From the IMG/VR virus record IMGVR_UViG_3300009155_005562: 64,000 nucleotides of DNA; one strand, 5' to 3'. Shown piece by piece: positions 1-7,991 of this stretch (position 1 is the first letter of the stretch; each line of letters starts with the position of its first letter). The stretch comes from an uncultured virus (IMG/VR IMGVR_UViG_3300009155_005562) (lineage: Duplodnaviria > Heunggongvirae > Uroviricota > Caudoviricetes). Below the pieces are notes generated by a model. The model did no database searches. It was not told the DNA's origin and worked only from the letters and a program-made list of their open reading frames with translations. The translations under genes and the position numbers were made by a program.

Positions 1-31
1 CATAGAGTATTTCATAGAGTATTTCATAGAG
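1..31. repeat. Short tandem repeat, 12-bp unit (CATAGAGTATTT) x ~2.6, truncated by window edge
   Basis: catagagtattt catagagtattt catagag read directly. Confidence 0.7.
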
Positions 32-522
32 AAAAACAGCGAGAGAATATATCAGAGACCTTCTCAGCACCTCGCTATTGAACGCATTCTCTTATATCAT
101 AGCGATCCATATACATTTTGACGATTCAGTTTAACAAAATATATCTCTATGAAACTCGCTAATAAATCAGCTAAGAACTACCAGAGTTACCAATAGGACG
201 TATACTCCTGCTGCCATTACTCCGAATCCCATCATGAGCATTGCAATGATAGCTATATGAAACACAATGCTCAATATAGTTTCGAACATGCATCCTAGTA
301 TTATCAATCCTATTAGGAGAAGCAATATCATATTATTTGTTTCTACATCCTGATCCGGTCATTCGTTGTTTGTTCTCCACATAATACACTTTAGTTAATC
401 GTTTATGGTTGCTCTTCATATACGATTCACATTCAGTATGTGTGGAGAATTCTTTTAGCGTTAGGTTCTGGGAACCGGACAGCGTCATTAGTACTACATA
501 ATATATTACCATGTTCTTTCTC

Positions 523-530
523 TATAAATA
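523..530 (+). promoter_or_regulatory. T4-type late promoter TATAAATA
   Basis: Exact gp55 consensus 30 nt upstream of ATG 560. Confidence 0.7.
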
Positions 531-559
531 AAAGGCATGTTGACTTAAAAGGGGGGAAT

Positions 560-763
560 ATGAAAAGAATAATGTTAACTATGCTATTGTTAAGTGGCTG
601 TGATGCTGAGTTTCGGTATCCTTGCCAAGATAATGAGAATTGGAAAAAGCCTGAATGTAAGGCGCCTGTATGTGAAATAAATCGGGACTGTCCTAAATAT
701 ATTTTTGAATCACAACCGGAAGTGATGCAGATTCTTCCTAGTGAACAAGGAGCTAAAAAATGA
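560..763 (+). CDS. Small lipoprotein (Cys-rich)
   Basis: True start likely ATG 560 after G-rich RBS; MKRIMLTMLLLSGC signal plus lipobox; four further Cys. Confidence 0.7.
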   Translation: MKRIMLTMLLLSGCDAEFRYPCQDNENWKKPECKAPVCEINRDCPKYIFESQPEVMQILPSEQGAKK

Positions 764-1101
764 GCGAAGTTTCATCTAAAAGAGGCGAAAGATATACATC
801 AGAAGAATTGATGGTTCGTCTGAAGTTCTTCATTGGCATGTGCCTGGCATTGACGCTAATCGGCATCGTGTTCGTGGTCCTGTACTCAATCATCTTTGTA
901 ACGCAACCGCTTGGGGCTATTTCGCCCATCGATCAAAAGTTCTTCGAGCTAATCATCCCCGTTGCTACATTCCTTTGCGGCACGCTCTCGGGCATCATGC
1001 TTGCGGGAACCGGCAAGGAAGCTGCTATGGCCGGCGTTGCACATGCGCTAAACCAAAAAGCTGAAATGGATGCAGCTAACGAAAACGACCCTGCACCATG
1101 A
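760..1101 (+). CDS. Two-TM membrane protein (holin-like topology)
   Basis: Two hydrophobic helices; ATGA overlap with lipoprotein gene. Confidence 0.6.
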   Translation: MSEVSSKRGERYTSEELMVRLKFFIGMCLALTLIGIVFVVLYSIIFVTQPLGAISPIDQKFFELIIPVATFLCGTLSGIMLAGTGKEAAMAGVAHALNQKAEMDAANENDPAP

Positions 1102-1295
1102 AGACATTCAGAGAGTTCAACGAAGGCCTGATCGGTGACTTGACCGGGCTCTCTGTTGCGTCTAAACGACTCAGGGGGATTGGCAAAATCGCGACCAATC
1201 TCCTGCCGGTCACCAAAAAGGCTATCGCTAAGAGAGTTGCAGGTGCCTTCACCGCCCCTGCAACTGTCAAGCGCAAACGCAAAAATCGTTATTGA
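1098..1295 (+). CDS. Small basic protein, putative internal head protein
   Basis: N-terminus MKTFREFNE resembles the T4 internal-protein capsid-targeting sequence. Confidence 0.5.
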   Translation: MKTFREFNEGLIGDLTGLSVASKRLRGIGKIATNLLPVTKKAIAKRVAGAFTAPATVKRKRKNRY

Positions 1296-1528
1296 ATAAC
1301 TACGACCTTTCTCACTACTCGGTCGTCGTCATCGTCTTGAGGACCTTCATAGTCTTCAAGCAGCTTGTCCGTTCTGTGATATTCACTATACTCAACCTCT
1401 CCCTCGAATACATCACGAACAGCCGGCGCGACCTGCGTGCGCCAATAGTCATTGTATCCATACGTAAAATGGATTTCGGCTTCTGCATCGAAGCCTTCTA
1501 ACAGCTCAATCAGTTCAGATACTTTCAT
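1289..1528 (-). CDS. Early hypothetical protein
   Basis: ORF with RBS behind early promoter; MKVSELIELL start typical of small phage proteins. Confidence 0.65.
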   Translation of the reverse strand: MKVSELIELLEGFDAEAEIHFTYGYNDYWRTQVAPAVRDVFEGEVEYSEYHRTDKLLEDYEGPQDDDDDRVVRKVVVIQ

Positions 1529-1560
1529 TATGCATTCCCCTCTCTCATCATGTTAAACTA

Positions 1561-1589
1561 ATTATAAGCTGGCGCGAGAATAAAATCAA
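1561..1589 (-). promoter_or_regulatory. Early sigma70-type promoter
   Basis: TTGATT-17-TATAAT on minus strand. Confidence 0.75.
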
Positions 1590-1822
1590 GCCCTGATGGA
1601 CTCGACTGCTGCGAACATCTTGCGCATCTCCACGACCAGGTGGGCATACGCTTCCTTCTCTTCCTGATAACAACTCTCGAGGTTGTCTCGCGTGTACTCC
1701 ATCGCATGGATGAAGTCAGCATCCTTGTTGACGTGCTGCTGCAGGAACGCTTGGATCTGTTCTATGATTGCCAGTGCTTCTTTCGTGTTCATCTTGCTTC
1801 TCCTCTCTCTCAATGATGATTC

Positions 1823-1851
1823 ATTATAGCCTGGTGAGGAAATAAAGTCAA
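1823..1851 (-). promoter_or_regulatory. Early sigma70-type promoter
   Basis: TTGACT-17-TATAAT. Confidence 0.8.
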
Positions 1852-2052
1852 GAGGCAACCCCGTAGCTGAGGATAGTCGTGTCGCTGTCGAACTCATCAA
1901 CGAAGTTGAGCTTGTCGTTATCAAGAATGTATTGCTTGATGTTGTCCAGCTGGTCTTCTGGAACCTCGACCTGCTGCTGGAAGTACAGAACCGTCTTGTA
2001 CACCACGTTTACCTTAGCCATCTCACATCTCCTTTCTCTCAATGTTGAACTA

Positions 2053-2081
2053 ATTTTAGCGTGGCACGAGAATTAAGTCAA
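2053..2081 (-). promoter_or_regulatory. Early sigma70-type promoter
   Basis: TTGACT-17-TAAAAT. Confidence 0.7.
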
Positions 2082-2386
2082 GCACTTTCCTCGTCGAAGT
2101 CGTCGTCGCGAGGAACGAAACCGATGACCTTTTTCGTTGTTCGTCCGAATGCAAACTTTGTATGCCTCATGTTCTCAAACTCATAATCGATAGGAGGCTT
2201 AGGAGGTGTCCATCCGTGAACTCGTTCGTCAGGAATTGCACCAATGGATAATAGAGTGGAATCTTTTCCAAACTCTTTGCGAAGAAGATACTTAACATAA
2301 CCAAAATCTCCATAACCCTTCGCACGGTCCTCGAAAAACTTCCGCGTAACGGAACCGTCAACTAATTTAATATCGGCGTATAACAT
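2078..2386 (-). CDS. Hypothetical protein
   Basis: ORF track; downstream of promoter-like TTGAGT-17-CATAAT at 2393-2421. Confidence 0.55.
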   Translation of the reverse strand: MLYADIKLVDGSVTRKFFEDRAKGYGDFGYVKYLLRKEFGKDSTLLSIGAIPDERVHGWTPPKPPIDYEFENMRHTKFAFGRTTKKVIGFVPRDDDFDEESA

Positions 2387-2417
2387 AGCTCTATTATGAC
2401 CTATAATGAATAATAAC

Positions 2418-2636
2418 TCAACGTCTCATTGTAGCAGCATCAATAGCCGACTCTTCATTAAAGATAGGCTGAAGGCAGCTCTTGTGCATAATGGTAATAC
2501 CTACCATATTGTTCCCAGTATAACGCTTCTCAGGAGCTTTGTATGCGCAATATGAATTATCATCCCGCGAAGGAATACGATCATTACTACCGCGGTAACT
2601 ATAACGAGGAATACCAGTATTAAAGAATCCCATCAT
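2418..2636 (-). CDS. Conserved T4-like phage hypothetical protein
   Basis: C-terminal YTG..M.GI..MHKS..P.F...A.D...MRR motif recognised from T4-like phages. Confidence 0.6.
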   Translation of the reverse strand: MMGFFNTGIPRYSYRGSNDRIPSRDDNSYCAYKAPEKRYTGNNMVGITIMHKSCLQPIFNEESAIDAATMRR

Positions 2637-2860
2637 TCAACTCCGAAATGTTCTTGTAAATCTCGTTTAATAAACTTCACGGCATTGTCCCAAATATCAT
2701 TACTACCACCTCGTTCAGCATCGTCTACAATGCCTAAACATTCCTGCACAATCAACTCGGCGAACTTTGCAGGATTACAACCAGCAGGTGTAATAAACCC
2801 AGTCTTGTCAGTATAATAAAATCCAGCCTGTTCAGCAAGTTCTCGAATTCGTTGGTTCAT
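2633..2860 (-). CDS. Hypothetical protein (MNQRIRELAEQA family)
   Basis: Recurrent small phage family ending in HFGVE. Confidence 0.6.
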   Translation of the reverse strand: MNQRIRELAEQAGFYYTDKTGFITPAGCNPAKFAELIVQECLGIVDDAERGGSNDIWDNAVKFIKRDLQEHFGVE

Positions 2861-3037
2861 TTTGTTTCCTTGAACAGGGGCACACCATCAGTCAAGTGCC
2901 GCACATATTCTAACATGGGCAAGGTATCCAGTGTGCCACGATGCCGCTGAATGGTCAAGTTACCTTCTTGCATTATAGCATAGAAAAACTGGTTTGTGGC
3001 ACCTTCTTCAATTTGTTTCTTAAAATATTCGTTCATA

Positions 3038-3523
3038 TTAGCTCCCACAAATCAGACGAACGCGCCCATCGGACATCGGAATGAACTTCTCAATAAAGGT
3101 ATGATGATCGTTAGATTCCTGAATAGCCTTATCGGCAGCCATCCACAAATGCATCCAAGACACTTCACCGTTAATCGGATTACAGGTAATGGGAACCTCG
3201 GCATCACTTTCCCAGCCCTCAAATACCAAAGTAGTACCTCGGATTTTAGAATCGTCGTAGATATTCTCGACTTCGAAAATAGACCAGGTAGTATGAAGCC
3301 CGTTAGCCATTCGAATCTGTTCAAAAACATCCATCTGAGTATTAAACCATTCGGCTTCCTGCAAGCGAACGTTTTTGAAGCCTTTTTCAATACCCTGCTT
3401 GGCCTTTTGAAGAGTACTAATCAAACGAGGCGAAAGGACATCCTCAAGCTCTTGAATAGCGCTCTCAAGACGACAAATGCCATTATGAATGCTCTCTTGC
3501 TCTTCTTTAGTAAGAGTAAACAT
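3038..3523 (-). CDS. Hypothetical protein
   Basis: ORF track; coupled to neighbouring ORFs. Confidence 0.6.
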   Translation of the reverse strand: MFTLTKEEQESIHNGICRLESAIQELEDVLSPRLISTLQKAKQGIEKGFKNVRLQEAEWFNTQMDVFEQIRMANGLHTTWSIFEVENIYDDSKIRGTTLVFEGWESDAEVPITCNPINGEVSWMHLWMAADKAIQESNDHHTFIEKFIPMSDGRVRLICGS

Positions 3524-3711
3524 TACGCAACCTCCTGCGAGTTCTTCACGTCAAAGATTTGAATGTAGGTGTTTAGGAAGTCGGCAAGCAGCGCTGCTTG
3601 CTCAGGATTGCGCGCAACCAGTCGGTTGGCAATGAAGCGAATATCCATATCGCCAGCCTCGATGAGGTTGAGGATAGTTTCGCCGCGTTGATCGTTCGTC
3701 AAGTTCGTCAT
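3523..3711 (-). CDS. Early hypothetical protein
   Basis: AAGGAG RBS; promoter TTGCTT-17-TATACT at 3739-3767. Confidence 0.6.
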   Translation of the reverse strand: MTNLTNDQRGETILNLIEAGDMDIRFIANRLVARNPEQAALLADFLNTYIQIFDVKNSQEVA

Positions 3712-3859
3712 GTGTGTGTCTCCTTAGTTAACAAAGACAGTATACAGGGGAAAAGAAATTAAAGCAACCACAAAAGCCCACTCTATGAAAGTAAACTGGT
3801 CAAGGAACTTTAGCAATCGAGGGCATCTATTGTCCATCCAGTAGCGATAACGACTCATG

Positions 3860-4090
3860 CTATCTCCTTTCGAAATCCTCTTGACAAAAGATGCATCGAC
3901 ATACGCCTGATGCAGCTTTGCGCCGGGCTTCTGGAATTTCTTCTCCGCAGTCAATACAATGCGACAGGCTAGGAGCATAGGAGAGACCTGCTCTCACCCT
4001 CGCTACGGCGTTCTCGCTTAGATGGATAGCATGTAGCTGGCCCATCTCGGATTCCTCGAAGTTCTGTTCTCGAGCATGAGAATCAAACAC
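3860..4090 (-). CDS. TraR/DksA C4-type zinc-finger protein
   Basis: CIDCGEEIPEARRKA...CRCIFCQE motif; likely GTG start at 4090 after AAGGAG. Confidence 0.85.
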   Translation of the reverse strand: MFDSHAREQNFEESEMGQLHAIHLSENAVARVRAGLSYAPSLSHCIDCGEEIPEARRKAASGVCRCIFCQEDFERR

Positions 4091-4208
4091 TACGAAGCTC
4101 CTTTTGAAGGTTCTGCTTACCTTGCTTGCGATTAGCCTTGTTGGTCTTACCATGCGCACCGCCCTTGCGGAAGTGCGCATGCACTGCAAAAAAGTTCCTT
4201 GGTTTCAT
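4083..4208 (-). CDS. Small basic protein, 41 aa (not in ORF track)
   Basis: MKPRNFFAVHAHFRKGGAHGKTNKANRKQGKQNLQKELRSV; GAGGAG RBS and promoter upstream. Confidence 0.6.
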   Translation of the reverse strand: MKPRNFFAVHAHFRKGGAHGKTNKANRKQGKQNLQKELRSV

Positions 4209-4233
4209 TTCGTTCTCCTCACTCAACATAGAC

Positions 4234-4262
4234 ATTGTAGCGTGACGAAGAAATAAAGTCAA
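4234..4262 (-). promoter_or_regulatory. Early sigma70-type promoter
   Basis: TTGACT-17-TACAAT. Confidence 0.75.
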
Positions 4263-4613
4263 CTAGTCGTAATTGCTCCACTCCGATACGGCGAAGTGCA
4301 TCTTTAGATAGATTTTATCGCTATCTTTGTATTTGGTAGCTTCGTAATAAAAGCCACCTGTACTAGTATAATAGTTTACCGAATCAAGATCTGGTTTTTC
4401 AGTTGCTTGCTTCAATACTCCTTCAGCGACTTCTCGAAGATATTTACGAGCATGCTTCTTCATTTGAGGAATAGAAGGAATATCGTTTCCGATAGTAGCC
4501 CATCTCCAATCCAAATGTTCCATCACATCATTAACGCGTTCCCAATCGAAATAATCGATAAAATCGTCAATAGTTTCTTGAAGATCGAAAGGCTTAATAA
4601 TATTATCGCTCAT
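4263..4613 (-). CDS. Hypothetical protein
   Basis: ORF track. Confidence 0.6.
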   Translation of the reverse strand: MSDNIIKPFDLQETIDDFIDYFDWERVNDVMEHLDWRWATIGNDIPSIPQMKKHARKYLREVAEGVLKQATEKPDLDSVNYYTSTGGFYYEATKYKDSDKIYLKMHFAVSEWSNYD

Positions 4614-4768
4614 TAGCTTTTATCCACAAAGGCCTTAATACGTGCAGCTAGTTCAAAAGAAGCGTTAATTACTTCTTCTGCTGTAGCATCCTTATTAGAA
4701 TTTTCCCATGTAATATGATATGCTTGACGGAAAATATCTAGACGAATTTCAAACGGTGACTTACTCAT
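4613..4768 (-). CDS. Small conserved phage protein, 51 aa (not in ORF track)
   Basis: MSKSPFEIRLDIFRQA...; fills the gap with overlaps on both sides. Confidence 0.55.
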   Translation of the reverse strand: MSKSPFEIRLDIFRQAYHITWENSNKDATAEEVINASFELAARIKAFVDKS

Positions 4769-5076
4769 ACTGCCTCCTTAATATGTTTGCATTTGCCGTG
4801 ATACTTAAATCCAGTACACGTACATCGTTCAACGCCATTTACATTAGTAATATAATAAACACTACCTTTTGAACCTCGAATGATGCGAGTATTCTTTTCT
4901 GTATCAGCTTTAATAACTTCAAACTTACGCCCGCGTTTATCGAAGTCCATCGGCGAGGTGAACGTGACCGGTTTCTCGCCATCTATTTGATAACCTAATA
5001 GCTTGTTTTGAGAGTCATTAAGAAAATAGGTATGATTACTCCAATCCCAGTTAGTAATCTCACGAACACTAATCAT
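4765..5076 (-). CDS. SWIM zinc-finger protein
   Basis: C-terminal CTCTGFKYHGKCKH. Confidence 0.75.
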   Translation of the reverse strand: MISVREITNWDWSNHTYFLNDSQNKLLGYQIDGEKPVTFTSPMDFDKRGRKFEVIKADTEKNTRIIRGSKGSVYYITNVNGVERCTCTGFKYHGKCKHIKEAV

Positions 5077-5294
5077 TATCTTTATATGCCTTTTTTATTT
5101 TTAATTGAATCTCTGCAGCAGCCATCATTCTGCCAATATCAATTTCCCATGTCTTATCACTATCAGAATCTATATTACACAACTTAATACAGTCTTCAAT
5201 AATAAGCTGCGCCAAAAGAGCTGGCATAGTTTCTGGCTTGTTTGCCGTAGCTCTAGTGGCAACATTAACCAATGCAGTTAATCGGTTGTTCATT

Positions 5295-6170
5295 TTAACC
5301 GTTAACCAGCATATAAGTCGCCAGGCTCTTCCAGTCCGGCTTACCCGAGTTACGAATCTTCGCAACCATCAGCAGCGTACGCAAGCTAATCTCACGAGCC
5401 TCATTACGCTTCTGCTTAATCAGATCAAGAGCATCACGCTTAACACCTGCATTCATATCCGGCTGAAAGCTCGGAGTAATAACGAGAGTCTCCATGCGCT
5501 CGATCTTCTGATCGGTCGTCATCGACAGGTCAACGTTCATCGAACGCGAACGAATAGCCTGATCGATCTTTGATTGCGGCATATTCGAGATGAACACGAC
5601 CCCGCCCTTGAACTGGAAGAAACGCGGCAGATCGTCAATACGCGAAGTATTCCACGAGATAATGCGACGATCATACGAATCAAGCGCACCCTTGAGCAGG
5701 TTAAGCGCATCAGCGTCCTTCAGAATGCTATCGCAATCATCGAAAACGATAATCGAGTTACGGTTCTCATACAGAACACGATAAAGACCCTTCGCAGTCG
5801 AAAAGCCCTTAACGATGCGATAAGTCGAACGCGGAGCAGCAACCTCACCCGGTTCCTTTTCGCTAAAGTCTTTCAGACCAGCGGCCTTCAGAGCAGCAAC
5901 TACCGTAAACGACTTGCCAAGACCGCCTTCGCCAGTAATAACGGCCGAAGCAGTCTGACCCTTCGCGACCATCGTCACGAGATCTGAAGTAAAGTCAAAA
6001 CGCTGATTAATGCCGAACTGCGAAACCGGTTCAGCAGCTTGAGGTATGAAGCTTGACGAGCTCATCTCGCGAACCTTCTTGTTGACATACGAAGCGTTCA
6101 CCGAACGAACAACTTCGACACCGTCGATCGAACCGACGAACTTGTTACCGACTTGAGTCACAGAAATCAT
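5295..6170 (-). CDS. AAA+ ATPase
   Basis: Walker A GEGGLGKS, Walker B IIVFDDCD, sensor ISN, arginine finger RSR. Confidence 0.85.
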   Translation of the reverse strand: MISVTQVGNKFVGSIDGVEVVRSVNASYVNKKVREMSSSSFIPQAAEPVSQFGINQRFDFTSDLVTMVAKGQTASAVITGEGGLGKSFTVVAALKAAGLKDFSEKEPGEVAAPRSTYRIVKGFSTAKGLYRVLYENRNSIIVFDDCDSILKDADALNLLKGALDSYDRRIISWNTSRIDDLPRFFQFKGGVVFISNMPQSKIDQAIRSRSMNVDLSMTTDQKIERMETLVITPSFQPDMNAGVKRDALDLIKQKRNEAREISLRTLLMVAKIRNSGKPDWKSLATYMLVNG

Positions 6171-6208
6171 TTTCTCTCCTTGTGTGTGTTTTCCCTAACG
6201 ACCAATAC

Positions 6209-6237
6209 ATGATAGCGTCACGCAGAAATAAAGTCAA
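6209..6237 (-). promoter_or_regulatory. Early sigma70-type promoter
   Basis: TTGACT-17-TATCAT. Confidence 0.7.
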
Positions 6238-6743
6238 CCCTTGTGGTACGCATTGACGATCTTCGAAGCTTCGGCAGCCTGGCGATCGAACGCCTCAATC
6301 TCCCAAGGCAGGTTGCGATAGCTCTCGAAGGTAGCACCGCGACCTACATGCTTCTGACCGTTCCAGACGTGGTGATACCCGTCGCGAGCAAGGCGCCCGG
6401 ACATGTACTGCTCAACGTGAACCATCTCATGACCGAGCGTCTCAGCCATATCCTTGAAGCTCGGCAAAACCTTTGCGTTAAGCAGTACGGTAATCAGCTT
6501 GCCGTTACTGCTACGGATGCACTTGCCGTGCGTGCGCTTGGTCTTGAGGTTCTTCAGGTAGTATATGATACGAACATCGTTACCTGCATCTGTCAGCTTT
6601 TCGCGCAACGGAGCTTCGATAGCCTTCTTCGCTGCTGCGACAACCTTGCGAAAAACTTCCAGGTTACCCTTCATGTAGGTATTGATCTGGACGGTAGTGA
6701 AAACGTTTTCGTCTACTTTGATATCGGTCTTGTTGCTGCTCAT
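6234..6743 (-). CDS. HEXXH zinc metallopeptidase-like (SprT-like)
   Basis: LGHEMVHVEQY ... PWEIEAF. Confidence 0.75.
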   Translation of the reverse strand: MSSNKTDIKVDENVFTTVQINTYMKGNLEVFRKVVAAAKKAIEAPLREKLTDAGNDVRIIYYLKNLKTKRTHGKCIRSSNGKLITVLLNAKVLPSFKDMAETLGHEMVHVEQYMSGRLARDGYHHVWNGQKHVGRGATFESYRNLPWEIEAFDRQAAEASKIVNAYHKG

Positions 6744-6781
6744 CTATGTCTCCTTGTGTGTGTTTCCCTAACAACACAATC

Positions 6782-6810
6782 ATTTTACGAGCGCTCGGAA
6801 AAAAAGTCAA
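6782..6810 (-). promoter_or_regulatory. Early sigma70-type promoter
   Basis: TTGACT-17-TAAAAT. Confidence 0.7.
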
Positions 6811-6884
6811 CCACTTTCTCCCCTGATTTTAGCCAAGATAGATATAGATAACAATTTTCGAAAGTGCTTTAATAACCTTATCTT

Positions 6885-7496
6885 ATGTACTGCGTGTATC
6901 TAATAACTGAAAAGCTAACTCAGTCTAAGTTAATCCATATCTTTGATGGAGAAAAGACAGTTTTCATAGAATATTCTCCTAGATTATTTCATATAGAATT
7001 ATTAGAGAAACATCAAGACAAATTCATAGCGGGAAACCGCATAGAACCTCTAAGAAAGTTATATAAATGCCCGGTTAAAACTTTCTTAGACAAAAAAGAA
7101 GTATCCCCTCTAAGAAACCCTCTAAGAAAACCGTTAAAGCCCGGTCCTAAACCAGGTACTAAGTTTAAGATTACCGATGAAGATAGAGAAAGAAGAAGAA
7201 AACAGTTTAGCAAAGAACTACATCCAAATGCTAATGGCTTAACTGAAGAGCATAAGCAGAAAATAAGCGCTACAAAGAAGACTCAACCTAGTAATTTCAC
7301 AGGTAAAAAACATACTGAAGAATCAAAACGAAAGATAGCAGAGAAAAAGATAGGTAACAAGCATAGGGAAGGATGGACCTTCTGTTTTAATCCTATCACA
7401 GGAGAAGAAAAGGTTATTAGAGTCACAGATAAGATACCAGAAGGATATAGATTAGGGAGATCAAAGTCCACAGCTGACAACTTTAATAAATACTAA
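6885..7496 (+). CDS. NUMOD3-motif protein, homing-endonuclease-like
   Basis: Two NUMOD3-like repeats (LTEEHKQKIS; GKKHTEESKRKIAE); orientation opposite to the early block. Confidence 0.6.
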   Translation: MYCVYLITEKLTQSKLIHIFDGEKTVFIEYSPRLFHIELLEKHQDKFIAGNRIEPLRKLYKCPVKTFLDKKEVSPLRNPLRKPLKPGPKPGTKFKITDEDRERRRKQFSKELHPNANGLTEEHKQKISATKKTQPSNFTGKKHTEESKRKIAEKKIGNKHREGWTFCFNPITGEEKVIRVTDKIPEGYRLGRSKSTADNFNKY

Positions 7497-7523
7497 CGCT
7501 GTAAACTAACCCAAGGGAATAAC

Positions 7524-7991
7524 ATGAATAAAAACACTCTTGCATTGGTTATGGCTATATTATTTGCTTCTTCTTCATTCGCTGAGCCAATCGTTACTGA
7601 TTCGACTACAAGAAGCTTCTCTGACTCTAAAAGCGAAACTACCGTCAAGTCACCTCCTCCAACCGCTGTAGCTCCATCCTTCACAAGTATTAATAGCGAT
7701 GTATGCGCTGTTGGTATTTCTGGAGCAGCTCAAACTCAAATCCTAGGCATTGCTATTGGTTCTACCTATGTCGATAAGAATTGTGAGCGCTTAAAGCTTG
7801 CTAAGAATCTTTATGACATGGGCATGAAAGTAGCTGCAGTATCTGTTCTCTGTCAAGATGAAAGAGTATTCTCAGCTATGTTAAATGCTGGAACGCCCTG
7901 TCCTGTTGATGGTCAAATAGGTGAAAAGGCTAGAGAAATTTGGGAAGCTAATCCAACTCGCCAGCCTCAAAAAGTAAAAAGTAAAGAGTGA
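7524..7991 (+). CDS. Secreted Cys-containing protein
   Basis: Signal peptide ending SFA-E; four Cys; AATAAATA late-like promoter upstream. Confidence 0.7.
   Translation: MNKNTLALVMAILFASSSFAEPIVTDSTTRSFSDSKSETTVKSPPPTAVAPSFTSINSDVCAVGISGAAQTQILGIAIGSTYVDKNCERLKLAKNLYDMGMKVAAVSVLCQDERVFSAMLNAGTPCPVDGQIGEKAREIWEANPTRQPQKVKSKE

Noticed and set aside
1..430. Replication origin or genome terminus at the window start
   Set aside because: Only a short tandem repeat is visible and it is cut by the window edge
4091..4189. N-terminal extension of the TraR/DksA ORF
   Set aside because: This region belongs to a separate 41-aa gene in another frame
2996..6851. Long plus-strand ORFs antisense to early genes
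   Set aside because: Shadow ORFs with no motifs, opposite to promoter-supported genes
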